46,072 nucleotides of DNA from a virus (Duplodnaviria > Heunggongvirae > Uroviricota > Caudoviricetes): the IMG/VR virus record IMGVR_UViG_3300042894_006602; one strand, written 5' to 3'. A model generated the notes under the pieces. The model saw only the letters and a program-made list of their open reading frames with translations. It was not told the DNA's origin and made no database searches. Position 1 is the stretch's first letter. Each line of letters opens with the position of its first letter. Shown one piece after another: positions 1 to 8,951 of this stretch. A program made the position numbers and the translations under genes.

Positions 1-2867
1 GTACCGGAAGAACCGGATGTACCAGAAGAACCATCTTGACCATCAACACCAGAAACACCGGATGTACCATCAATACCTGATGTTCCGTCTTGACCAGATG
101 TTCCGGATGAACCAGCAGTGCCGGATGAACCAGATGTTCCACTGGAACCACTTGTTCCAGATGAACCAGCAGTACCAGATGAGCCAGATGTACCATTTTG
201 ACCGGATATTCCATCAATACCTGATGTTCCGTCTTGACCAGATGTCCCGGATGAGCCGGATGTTCCATCAAATCCAGATGTACCAGAAGAACCAGATGAA
301 CCACTTTGACCAGATGTTCCTGAAGAACCAGATGTACCATCAATTCCAGATGTTCCGGAAGTACCAGATGAACCATTAACTCCAGATGTTCCGTCAAAGC
401 CGGAAGTACCAGATGTACCATCAAATCCAGAGGTTCCGGAAGAACCAGAAGTTCCACTTTGACCAGATGTTCCTGATGTACCATCAATTCCAGATGTTCC
501 AGAAGAACCAGATGAACCATTTACTCCCGATGTACCATCTTGTCCTGAAGTCCCCGATGATCCAGCAGTTCCGGAGGAACCAGATGTTCCGGATGAACCA
601 CTTGTTCCATCAAAGCCAGATGTTCCACTAGAGCCAGATGTACCATCAAAGCCTGAAGTTCCGGACGTACCATCAAAGCCTGAAGTTCCTGAAGAACCAG
701 CAGTACCAGATGAACCGGATGTACCGGATGTACCATCGAAGCCAGATGTACCACTTGTACCATTTTGACCAGATGTACCATCAACACCACTTGTACCATA
801 TTGACCAGAAGATCCGGATGTGCCATCAAATCCAGATGTACCAGAAGAACCTGAACTTCCACTTTGACCAGATGTTCCAGATGAGCCAGATGTTCCATTA
901 ATTCCGGATGTACCTGAAGAGCCAGATGTTCCATTAATTCCGGATGTTCCATCTTGTCCGGATGTTCCAGATGAACCAGCAGTACCAGAAGAACCAGATG
1001 TTCCACTAGAACCACTTGTACCATCAAAGCCAGATGTACCTGAAGAGCCAGATGTGCCATTTACTCCTGAAGTTCCAGAAGTTCCATCAACACCAGAGGT
1101 TCCTGAAGAACCAGCAGTACCAGAAGAACCAGATGTTCCACTAGAACCACTTGTACCATCAATTCCGGACGTTCCTGATGAACCAGAAGATCCAGATGTA
1201 CCATCAATTCCAGATGTGCCTGATGAACCAGAAGTACCTGCTGTACCAGATGAACCATTTTGACCGGATGTTCCGTTTGTTCCATCGACGCCTGATAGAC
1301 CAGAAGTACCAGAAGACCCAGATGTTCCGTCTACACCAGAAGTACCAGAAGATCCAGATGTTCCGGATGTACCAGTTGTTCCAGATGAACCAGATGTACC
1401 AGATGAACCAGATGTGCCATTAACTCCAGATGTACCATCAACACCACTTGTACCATCTTGACCAGATGTACCAGAAGTTCCATCAAATCCAGAGGTTCCA
1501 GATGAGCCTGAACTTCCACTTTGTCCGGATGTTCCAGATGAACCAGATGTGCCATCAAAACCAGAAGTTCCAGATGATCCACTTGTACCATTTACTCCCG
1601 ATGTGCCATCAATACCAGAGGTTCCAGATGATCCAGCAGTTCCTGATGAACCAGACGTTCCACTTGTGCCATCAAAGCCAGATGTACCAGATGAACCAGA
1701 TGTGCCATTAACTCCTGAAGTTCCGGATGTACCATCAAAACCAGAAGTTCCTGAAGAACCCGCAGTGCCAGATGATCCAGAAGTTCCGGATGAACCAGAT
1801 GTACCATCAAAGCCAGATGTTCCAGAAGAACCAGATGTTCCATTTACTCCTGAAGTTCCAGATGTTCCATCAAAGCCAGATGTTCCAGAAGAACCAGCAG
1901 TTCCAGATGACCCAGATGTTCCAGATGACCCACTTGTGCCATCAACTCCGGATGTTCCAGAAGAACCAGATGTTCCATTTACACCAGAGGTTCCATCTTG
2001 TCCTGAAGTTCCGGATGAACCAGCAGTGCCAGAAGAACCAGATGTACCAGATGAACCAGCAGTGCCACTAGAACCAGATGTACCATCAACTCCGGATGTA
2101 CCCTCTTGACCAGAAGTTCCAGATGAACCAGCAGTTCCAGATGAGCCACTTGTACCAGATGAGCCAGCAGTCCCTGAAGAACCACTTGTGCCATCAAAGC
2201 CAGATGTACCATCGTTTCCAGATGTTCCGGATGTACCATCAAATCCAGATGTACCAGAAGAACCATCAAATCCAGATGTACCAGAAGAACCATCAACTCC
2301 CGAAGTTCCGGATGAACCAGATGAGCCACTAATACCAGAAGTACCATCATTTCCACTTGTTCCAGAAGAACCAGATGTTCCGTCAAATCCTGATGTTCCA
2401 GATGAGCCAGATGTTCCAGATAAACCAGAAGTCCCTGATGAGCCAGATGTTCCGTTAATTCCAGATGTTCCATTTGCCCCGTCAACTCCAGATAAACCAG
2501 ATGAGCCAGAAGAACCATCTATACCAGATGTACCAGAAGAACCAGATGTTCCAGTAGTTCCAGAAGTTCCAGAAGAGCCACTTGTTCCAGATGTACCACT
2601 ATTTCCCGATGTTCCACTTGAACCGGATGTTCCATCATTCCCTGATGTACCATCCTGTCCAGAAGTACCAGAAGTTCCGTCTACTCCAGATGTACCAGAT
2701 AAACCAGAAGTCCCATCTACTCCAGATGTACCGTCAACACCGGATGTACCTGATACACCAGAAGAACCGGATGTGCCATCATTACCTGATGTTCCATTGA
2801 TACCGGATGTACCTGATACACCAGAAGTACCATCATTACCTGATGTTCCACTTGAACCTAAAGCACC
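1..2867 (-). repeat. Gly-X-Y coding repeat tract (about 318 triplets; [21 protein letters not shown])
   Basis: 9-nt periodicity. The antisense frame has Pro at every third residue (PDVPEEP...), which is the shadow of GGN codons. Confidence 0.95.
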
Positions 2868-2969
2868 ATTCGTGCTTATCCAAGCCGTACCATTGAATAC
2901 CCAACTACTACTACCAAAAGAATAGACTTGTGATTGAGTTGGAGAAGAAGGAAAGTTTATATTTGCCAT
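1..2969 (-). CDS. Giant collagen-like (Gly-X-Y, GTS-repeat) phage fibre/structural protein, 3' end runs off the window (>=989 aa)
   Basis: Absent from the ORF track because it has no stop in the window. ATG at 2969 reads MANINFPSSPTQSQVYSFGSSSWVFNGTAWISTNGAL, an N-terminus typical of T4-like phage fibre proteins, followed by [12 protein letters not shown]... The same frame holds at positions 3-5. Confidence 0.85.
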   Translation of the reverse strand, partial: MANINFPSSPTQSQVYSFGSSSWVFNGTAWISTNGALGSSGTSGNDGTSGVSGTSGINGTSGNDGTSGSSGVSGTSGVDGTSGVDGTSGLSGTSGVDGTSGTSGQDGTSGNDGTSGSSGTSGNSGTSGTSGSSGTSGTTGTSGSSGTSGIDGSSGSSGLSGVDGANGTSGINGTSGSSGTSGLSGTSGSSGTSGFDGTSGSSGTSGNDGTSGISGSSGSSGTSGVDGSSGTSGFDGSSGTSGFDGTSGTSGNDGTSGFDGTSGSSGTAGSSGTSGSSGTAGSSGTSGQEGTSGVDGTSGSSGTAGSSGTSGSSGTAGSSGTSGQDGTSGVNGTSGSSGTSGVDGTSGSSGTSGSSGTAGSSGTSGFDGTSGTSGVNGTSGSSGTSGFDGTSGSSGTSGSSGTAGSSGTSGFDGTSGTSGVNGTSGSSGTSGFDGTSGTSGSSGTAGSSGTSGIDGTSGVNGTSGSSGTSGFDGTSGSSGTSGQSGSSGSSGTSGFDGTSGTSGQDGTSGVDGTSGVNGTSGSSGTSGSSGTTGTSGTSGSSGTSGVDGTSGSSGTSGLSGVDGTNGTSGQNGSSGTAGTSGSSGTSGIDGTSGSSGSSGTSGIDGTSGSSGTSGSSGTAGSSGTSGVDGTSGTSGVNGTSGSSGTSGFDGTSGSSGTSGSSGTAGSSGTSGQDGTSGINGTSGSSGTSGINGTSGSSGTSGQSGSSGSSGTSGFDGTSGSSGQYGTSGVDGTSGQNGTSGTSGFDGTSGTSGSSGTAGSSGTSGFDGTSGTSGFDGTSGSSGTSGFDGTSGSSGTSGSSGTAGSSGTSGQDGTSGVNGSSGSSGTSGIDGTSGTSGQSGTSGSSGTSGFDGTSGTSGFDGTSGVNGSSGTSGTSGIDGTSGSSGTSGQSGSSGSSGTSGFDGTSGSSGTSGQDGTSGIDGISGQNGTSGSSGTAGSSGTSGSSGTSGSSGTAGSSGTSGQDGTSGIDGTSGVSGVDGQDGSSGTSGSSG

Positions 2970-3015
2970 CGTTTATATTTATTTTAATTTTAATTTTTAA
3001 AGCATCTTTTTATTT

Positions 3016-6000
3016 TTAATCTATGTCTACATAAAATCTAAATAATAGAGTCAATCCTGCTACCCAATCACTATTTGCAGAGCTCATCACAGAAGCGTTG
3101 TTAGTTGCGGATAAGTAAACCATTTGAAAGCTTGTGTTATCTCTAGGAACTATCATACTATATCTCATAGCTGGTGAATTCCATCCAAATGTACTTATGC
3201 TTGGAAGTCCGTGTGTTATCAAAGTAGATACTGTTGCAGATGTTGATTTTGCTACGCTTGAACCAAATGTTAATCCAGTAGGTAGATCAAATATGTAAGT
3301 TCCACTACCAGCACTCCCGATAGTTGATTGAGAATATCGGTATTCTACCTCATATGTAGTTTTATTAACTCTACGATATCTAACTTTATCTTGAACAATA
3401 GTTCCTTTAGTAGGAGCTGTTGTTGTTGCTGATATTGAGCATGTTCCAGCATTCACCCATTCACTTCCTAATAAATTCGATCCAACACCAGAAGATGCTT
3501 CTGTTAAATCTATATAAGCACCTCTATAAGCACCACCGTTTTCAAATATTCTTAATCTATCTTGATAGATATCTATAGATACTGTACTAGCAGTTAAACT
3601 ACCATTTGGCGCAGACGCAAAATCTATCTGACCACCTTCATTTAGTGAAGCACTTATTTTACCAACAGTAATTTGACCTCCGATAGTAACATCACCGGTA
3701 GTACTCATTGTCGTACTCATAACATTACCATTTACATTTAAAGTTGAGCCATCAAATGTTAAATTAGATTCAACTGTACCATTAGGTGCAGAACCATTTA
3801 AGGTTATTAAACCATTATCAGTTGTTCCAGTTAAAAGTAAACCACTTGTTCCACTTGAACCGTTTTGACCAGAGGTTCCTGACGTACCATTTGTACCCGA
3901 ACTTCCAGAAGTTCCCGCTGTTACAATAACTGGCGCAACCCATTGAGAACTATTTCCATCATCTAAATAAATGAATTCATTACCAGATGTTAAGTCATAC
4001 CATCTATCACCAGGTAGTGGTGAAACTGGAGCTATTGATGATGCTGTAAAATTACCACTACTAACACTAATAGATGATGTAGCGATAATTTGACCATTAG
4101 CATCAGTTGCTAAAATTCCTGTTGTAAATTGAGGTAAACGAATACCTGAATCATTTAATATTGAAGTAGTTGCTCCGTTTGAACTGAAACCCCATTGACC
4201 ATTTCCAGCATAGAACCAACCAGTATCATAATCAAATTCGAAATTTATAGCAGGACTGTTGTAAGGTGCCTCGTCATTAAATATAGCTTTTCTGTTAGAA
4301 AGCCATAATGCTCTATGACCATTTGATTTCATCTCAATCTCTCCACCAAAGCCATTATAGAAACCAGTGTTTGTCCTATTAAATCTGATATGATTTACAC
4401 CAGTAGAAGCAGTTGGTCCGATAGTAATACCATACTCATCAAAAACCACTGCAGTAGCACCACCAGTAACTATAGCAAGTTCATTTGGTTCGTTATTATA
4501 AAAACCAGTGTTGACATCTCCATCAAAACTATATGATGGTTGTGTATGTGTACCTTGTGATAATAAAATCTGTGATGATGCAGTATTACCAAGTAAAAGT
4601 GTTTCGTTTAAGTTTTGATTAGGACTTATTCCTGATGTTCCAGAAACACCCGAAGTTCCATCAACTCCCGAAGTTCCATTTGTACCGGATACACCATTTG
4701 TACCGGATACACCATTTGTTCCAGAAACACCCGAAGTTCCATCAACTCCCGAAGTTCCATTTGTTCCGGATGTACCATCAACACCAGATGAGCCAGATGT
4801 ACCGGAAGTTCCACTAATACCAGATGTTCCTGAAGAGCCAGATGTTCCATTTATACCTGATGTACCGTTGATTCCAGATGTTCCGTCATTTCCAGACGTT
4901 CCGGATGTTCCACTTAAACCGGAAGTGCCAGATGAGCCAGATGTACCATCGACACCTGATGTTCCGTTAATTCCGGATGTTCCGTCAACTCCTGAAGTAC
5001 CAGCAGAACCAGATGTACCATTTACACCAGATGTACCAGATGTTCCGTCAACTCCAGATGTACCATCAGTTCCGGATGAGCCAGATGTTCCACTAAATCC
5101 TGATGTCCCAGAAGAACCAGATGTTCCATCGACACCGGATGTTCCCGCAGAACCAGATGTACCATTTACACCAGATGTACCAGATGTTCCGTCAACTCCA
5201 GATGTTCCGGAAGAACCAGACGTTCCGGAAGAACCAGACGTTCCAGAAATACCAGACGTTCCAGTAGATCCGGATGTACCGTCAACTCCAGATGTTCCAT
5301 TTATACCAGATGTACCAGCATATCCAGATGTTCCATTTATACCAGAAGTACCGGACGAACCAGATGTACCAGTGAGTCCTGATGTACCCGCAGACCCTGA
5401 AGTACCATCAATTCCTGATGTTCCAGATGTCCCGTCAATTCCTGAAGTACCATTTATACCAGACGTTCCATCTATACCAGATGTTCCTGAAGTTCCATTC
5501 GTACCGGATACACCATTTGTACCGGATACACCATTTGTTCCAGAAACACCAGACGTTCCATCAATTCCTGAAGTTCCATTTGTTCCGGATACACCAGACG
5601 TTCCATTTGTTCCGGAAACACCAGAAGTTCCATCAACTCCCGAAGTTCCAGATAAACCGGAAGTTCCGTTGATACCTGATGTTCCGTTTACACCAGAAGT
5701 ACCCGAACCACCAGCTACTGAATCAACGTAACCCTTTGTAACAAGTGAATGTGTAGTGAAGTTACCAGTGTAATCTCCATTATAAATTAGACCCTTTGCA
5801 AAGTTATCAGAAATAATCATTCTGTTATTGTTTGAACCGTCTGCTCCAATCTGAGCAGTTGTATTTAATTGGATATATGTTTGAGCTGCTGTGGTAGCAT
5901 CAGCGGTTGTTAATTGAATTTGTTGGTCATGAAGATTAATACCGGTATAAGTACCTCCACCTAATTGAGCTGTTACGCTAAAAGCATACCCAGACTGCGA

Positions 6001-8043
6001 TTGTAAATTTAGGAGAGTGTCGTAATCACCAGCAACATTTCTTAGCTTTAAATCAAATCCACCAGTTACGCCTATTTCTACGTTATTAGCACCACTTAAT
6101 TTGAAGTCTTTCGAGTTACCATTTATAGTGGTGTGTTGAGAAAGTGTACCTCCTAAATAAACAGTTCCAGAAACAATTTCTAAACCATTATCAACACTAG
6201 CAAAACCAGATATACCAGAAGTACCAGAAGAACCATTTGTACCAGAGATACCGGATGTACCATCAACTCCTGATGTACCATTTGTACCAGAAACACCAGA
6301 TGTACCATCAATTCCAGAAGTACCGGCAGTCCCAGCCGTTCCAATTGCGGGTTGTAAATTAGTATACCATTGACCAGCACCAGTGATCCAATTATAATTA
6401 TTCGTCGTGATTAAAACTAATTCACCAGTCGAACTGTCATAAGAAGAAACATCACCTTCTACCCAACTTACCCATAAAACGTTTGAAGGATCAGTTGCTG
6501 ACAATCTTAATTTTTGAGCAGGTGTATATGCTAAACCAGGACTTACAAACTTACTAAAAGTAGCACTACTTGCTTCTACAAAAGTTACTGTAGCAGAAGT
6601 TCCGTGATATAAACTTCCAGTAGCACCAACAGAACCTGATGTTCCTGACGTTCCTGATACACCAGATGTTCCACTACCACCAGTAGATGATGTGGCGATA
6701 ATTTGACCATTAGCATCAGTTGCTAAAACCGTAGAAGTCAATTGAGGTAATCTAATACCATTTGAATTCAATATAGATGTTGTTGCTCCATTTGAACTGA
6801 AACCCCATTGACCATTTCCGGCAAAAAACCAACCTGTATCATAATCAAATTCGAAATTTATAGCAGGACTGTTGTAAGGTGCCTCGTCATTAAATATAGC
6901 TTTTCTGTTAGAAAGCCATAATGCTCTATGACCATTTGATTTTATTTCAATTTCACCACCAAAACCATTATAGAAACCAGTATTAGTTCTGTTAAATCTA
7001 ATATGGTTTATCCCGGTTGATGCGGTTGGTCCGATAGTAATACCATACTCATCAAAAACCACTGCAGTAGCACCGCCAGTGACTATAGCAAGTTCATTTG
7101 GTTCGTTATTATAAAAGCCGGTATTACCATCTCCATCGAAACTATAAGACGGTTGTGTATGTGTTCCTTGTGATAATAAAATTTGGGAAGAAGCTGTGTT
7201 ACCTAATATTAAGGTTTCATTAAGATTTTGATTAGGACTTACTCCAGAGGTGCCATTTGTTCCAGAGAGACCAGATGTACCATTAATACCAGATGTTCCG
7301 TCAATTCCAGATGTACCGGAAGTACCATTAATACCTGATGTTCCATCTATTCCTGATGTACCGGAAGTACCATTAATACCCGATGTTCCTGAACCACCAG
7401 AAGTACCAGTTCCTGTAATACTAAAACCGATAGTATAAACAACAGTCGATGAAATAGTTCCATTTGATGCTAAAATTGTATTAACATTAAATGTAAATTC
7501 ATTTAGTCCACCAGTGACAGAAGATATTTGATAACTACCTAATTTTGCGTTATCACTAACATCAGTTATTGTAACAATTAAGTTAGGAGCAATTGATTGA
7601 ATATACTGTAATAATGTTGTGTAGTCAACTCCATTATCAGACTGGTAAGAAAGTATAAATTGTGTAATAGAAGAAAAAGAGGTACTATCAGAATAAAAAT
7701 ATCCTTGTGATACAATAGGCGATGAAGGCAATACATAATTTGTACCATATTCCCACCTACCACTAAGAGCACCATCGATAGCTAAATTTGATGTCCCGGA
7801 AGTTCCGTTAACTCCTGACGTTCCATTTAATCCTGAGGTTCCGTTAACTCCTGAGGTTCCATTTATTCCGGAAGTACCGGATCCACCTCCACCAGCAACA
7901 CCCTCTATTGGACTTACCACACCACTAGAATCTAATTCACTAAAGGTGCCACCGTAGAAACCAACAAATTTATAACCAGATGGTGGGTTACTTGCTGTTC
8001 CAAAAACAAGACTATTGTCTTTGATTATTATTCTTCTTGCCAT
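3016..8043 (-). CDS. 1675-aa tail-fibre-like protein with GTS collagen-like tracts, a duplicated 185-aa domain and a C-terminal beta-rich domain
   Basis: GTSG repeats interleaved with globular segments. It carries the fibre-type motif [31 protein letters not shown] and a C-terminus with [15 protein letters not shown]. Confidence 0.8.
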   Translation of the reverse strand: MARRIIIKDNSLVFGTASNPPSGYKFVGFYGGTFSELDSSGVVSPIEGVAGGGGSGTSGINGTSGVNGTSGLNGTSGVNGTSGTSNLAIDGALSGRWEYGTNYVLPSSPIVSQGYFYSDSTSFSSITQFILSYQSDNGVDYTTLLQYIQSIAPNLIVTITDVSDNAKLGSYQISSVTGGLNEFTFNVNTILASNGTISSTVVYTIGFSITGTGTSGGSGTSGINGTSGTSGIDGTSGINGTSGTSGIDGTSGINGTSGLSGTNGTSGVSPNQNLNETLILGNTASSQILLSQGTHTQPSYSFDGDGNTGFYNNEPNELAIVTGGATAVVFDEYGITIGPTASTGINHIRFNRTNTGFYNGFGGEIEIKSNGHRALWLSNRKAIFNDEAPYNSPAINFEFDYDTGWFFAGNGQWGFSSNGATTSILNSNGIRLPQLTSTVLATDANGQIIATSSTGGSGTSGVSGTSGTSGSVGATGSLYHGTSATVTFVEASSATFSKFVSPGLAYTPAQKLRLSATDPSNVLWVSWVEGDVSSYDSSTGELVLITTNNYNWITGAGQWYTNLQPAIGTAGTAGTSGIDGTSGVSGTNGTSGVDGTSGISGTNGSSGTSGISGFASVDNGLEIVSGTVYLGGTLSQHTTINGNSKDFKLSGANNVEIGVTGGFDLKLRNVAGDYDTLLNLQSQSGYAFSVTAQLGGGTYTGINLHDQQIQLTTADATTAAQTYIQLNTTAQIGADGSNNNRMIISDNFAKGLIYNGDYTGNFTTHSLVTKGYVDSVAGGSGTSGVNGTSGINGTSGLSGTSGVDGTSGVSGTNGTSGVSGTNGTSGIDGTSGVSGTNGVSGTNGVSGTNGTSGTSGIDGTSGINGTSGIDGTSGTSGIDGTSGSAGTSGLTGTSGSSGTSGINGTSGYAGTSGINGTSGVDGTSGSTGTSGISGTSGSSGTSGSSGTSGVDGTSGTSGVNGTSGSAGTSGVDGTSGSSGTSGFSGTSGSSGTDGTSGVDGTSGTSGVNGTSGSAGTSGVDGTSGINGTSGVDGTSGSSGTSGLSGTSGTSGNDGTSGINGTSGINGTSGSSGTSGISGTSGTSGSSGVDGTSGTNGTSGVDGTSGVSGTNGVSGTNGVSGTNGTSGVDGTSGVSGTSGISPNQNLNETLLLGNTASSQILLSQGTHTQPSYSFDGDVNTGFYNNEPNELAIVTGGATAVVFDEYGITIGPTASTGVNHIRFNRTNTGFYNGFGGEIEMKSNGHRALWLSNRKAIFNDEAPYNSPAINFEFDYDTGWFYAGNGQWGFSSNGATTSILNDSGIRLPQFTTGILATDANGQIIATSSISVSSGNFTASSIAPVSPLPGDRWYDLTSGNEFIYLDDGNSSQWVAPVIVTAGTSGSSGTNGTSGTSGQNGSSGTSGLLLTGTTDNGLITLNGSAPNGTVESNLTFDGSTLNVNGNVMSTTMSTTGDVTIGGQITVGKISASLNEGGQIDFASAPNGSLTASTVSIDIYQDRLRIFENGGAYRGAYIDLTEASSGVGSNLLGSEWVNAGTCSISATTTAPTKGTIVQDKVRYRRVNKTTYEVEYRYSQSTIGSAGSGTYIFDLPTGLTFGSSVAKSTSATVSTLITHGLPSISTFGWNSPAMRYSMIVPRDNTSFQMVYLSATNNASVMSSANSDWVAGLTLLFRFYVDID
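4072..4626 (-). repeat. Copy 2 of a 555-nt (185-aa) intragenic domain duplication
   Basis: [36 protein letters not shown]...[13 protein letters not shown], near-identical to 6685..7239. Confidence 0.9.
4627..5712 (-). repeat. Central Gly-X-Y tract (about 120 triplets) of the 1675-aa protein
   Basis: Continuous GTSGxxGTSG in the translation, including near-exact nucleotide sub-repeats such as tgtaccggatacaccatt in tandem. Confidence 0.9.
6685..7239 (-). repeat. Copy 1 of a 555-nt (185-aa) intragenic domain duplication
   Basis: [36 protein letters not shown]...[13 protein letters not shown], the same length as 4072..4626. Confidence 0.9.
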
Positions 8044-8048
8044 TTTAT

Positions 8049-8056
8049 CAAATATA
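8049..8056 (-). promoter_or_regulatory. Bacteroidota-type -7 promoter element TATATTTG, 5 nt upstream of the ATG at 8043
   Basis: Matches the TAnnTTTG consensus of the Bacteroidota primary sigma factor. A TTTATATATA motif also lies at 8067..8076. Confidence 0.5.
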
Positions 8057-8108
8057 CATTTTGATCTATATATAAAAAATGGTAAATAACTTTTCTAAAC
8101 TTTCGGTT

Positions 8109-8330
8109 TTATATACAAAAAAGAACGTTGGTTATATTATTTCCAATTTCTTTTTCAATAATATCTCTATCTTCTTTTTGAATTTTTTCCAAAAAGGTAA
8201 AAATGTCTAATAAATCACCAGAAGTTGAGTTACCTTGTATAATGCGTGACAATCCATTACAAAGTGGATCGTAGTCTTTGCTATCATACTTTTCTAAAAC
8301 TATCCAAAGGTTTCCTTTATTGATTTTCAT
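8109..8330 (-). CDS. Hypothetical protein (73 aa)
   Basis: ORF track. TATCTTTG lies 4 nt upstream of the ATG. Confidence 0.7.
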   Translation of the reverse strand: MKINKGNLWIVLEKYDSKDYDPLCNGLSRIIQGNSTSGDLLDIFTFLEKIQKEDRDIIEKEIGNNITNVLFCI

Positions 8331-8334
8331 ATAA

Positions 8335-8342
8335 CAAAGATA
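8335..8342 (-). promoter_or_regulatory. Bacteroidota-type -7 element TATCTTTG
   Basis: TAnnTTTG consensus, 4 nt before the ATG at 8330. Confidence 0.55.
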
Positions 8343-8348
8343 AGGAAA

Positions 8349-8558
8349 TTACCTTAATTGGCAAAGTAATTCGTAGTCTTTGTCTCTACTTTTTTCATTA
8401 TTATAGTATAAAAAAGATGAAAAAGATTCTGTTTCTGGCTCATATACCTCGATAGAAAAACCACTAACAGTTCCTTTTTCAAAAGCCAAATTATTTTCTA
8501 AAATTTTATTTAGGTTAGATTTTAGTATTTTATTTTCAAATCCTTTATATTGTTGCAT
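8349..8558 (-). CDS. Hypothetical protein (69 aa)
   Basis: ORF track. Same strand and tight packing with its neighbours. Confidence 0.7.
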   Translation of the reverse strand: MQQYKGFENKILKSNLNKILENNLAFEKGTVSGFSIEVYEPETESFSSFLYYNNEKSRDKDYELLCQLR

Positions 8559-8895
8559 TTTGTGAGATTTTATCTTTAAATTGAATAAGTTTAAAAATTT
8601 TTGAATTTGGAAAATGTGAGAACTTTGATTTATTTTCTAAAATCCAATCTAAATCCTTCAGTCGTTTTTCGCACTGTTTGATATAGGTTATACCGTATCG
8701 ATGTCTTATTTGTGTAATTTCAGAAAAATCTTTATTGTAAAGTTCAGAAATATCAACATTGTCTTTAGTGATAGTTTTTTTAAAATTAGACATCCTAACT
8801 ATCAAATCAGATTTTACAGCACCAATAGAAACACCATTTCTAAAAGCTTCCGTTATCTTTCTGTCAACCATATCATTTATACGAGACTTATCCAT
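8545..8895 (-). CDS. Hypothetical protein (about 116 aa; start revised to the ATG at 8895)
   Basis: The track start (8934) falls inside the terminator hairpin. The ATG at 8895 is preceded by TATATTTGCAACT. Confidence 0.7.
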   Translation of the reverse strand: MDKSRINDMVDRKITEAFRNGVSIGAVKSDLIVRMSNFKKTITKDNVDISELYNKDFSEITQIRHRYGITYIKQCEKRLKDLDWILENKSKFSHFPNSKIFKLIQFKDKISQNATI

Positions 8896-8900
8896 AGTTG

Positions 8901-8908
8901 CAAATATA
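8901..8908 (-). promoter_or_regulatory. Bacteroidota-type -7 element TATATTTG(CA)
   Basis: TAnnTTTG consensus directly after the terminator and 5 nt before an ATG. Confidence 0.6.
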
Positions 8909-8920
8909 GTGAATAAAAAC

Positions 8921-8951
8921 AAAAAATCCACCAAAAATGGTGGATTTTTTT
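8921..8951 (-). terminator. Intrinsic terminator of the T9SS-type gene
   Basis: AAAAAATCCACCA-AAAA-TGGTGGATTTTTT perfect inverted repeat, with a T-tract on the minus strand right after the stop at 8950. Confidence 0.85.

Noticed and set aside
17-2925. Many ORF-track entries rich in PDVPEEP, MFQMNQ or MVHLVLL
   Set aside because: They are antisense and alternate-frame shadows of the Gly-X-Y repeat gene on the minus strand. Their periodicity is fully explained by GGN-ACN-TCN codons.
3016-3500. Diversity-generating retroelement target at the fibre C-terminus
   Set aside because: No reverse transcriptase and no template/variable repeat pair differing at adenines is visible in the window.
1-5712. 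Short-period DNA repeats that could be mistaken for a CRISPR array or satellite
   Set aside because: There is no constant repeat with unique spacers. The periodicity is 9 nt and protein-coding.
4626-7775. Shadow ORFs inside the 1675-aa gene (4626, 4635, 4868, 5382, 6180, 7250, 7578)
   Set aside because: They are fully nested in the long gene and derived from its repeat or low-stop composition.
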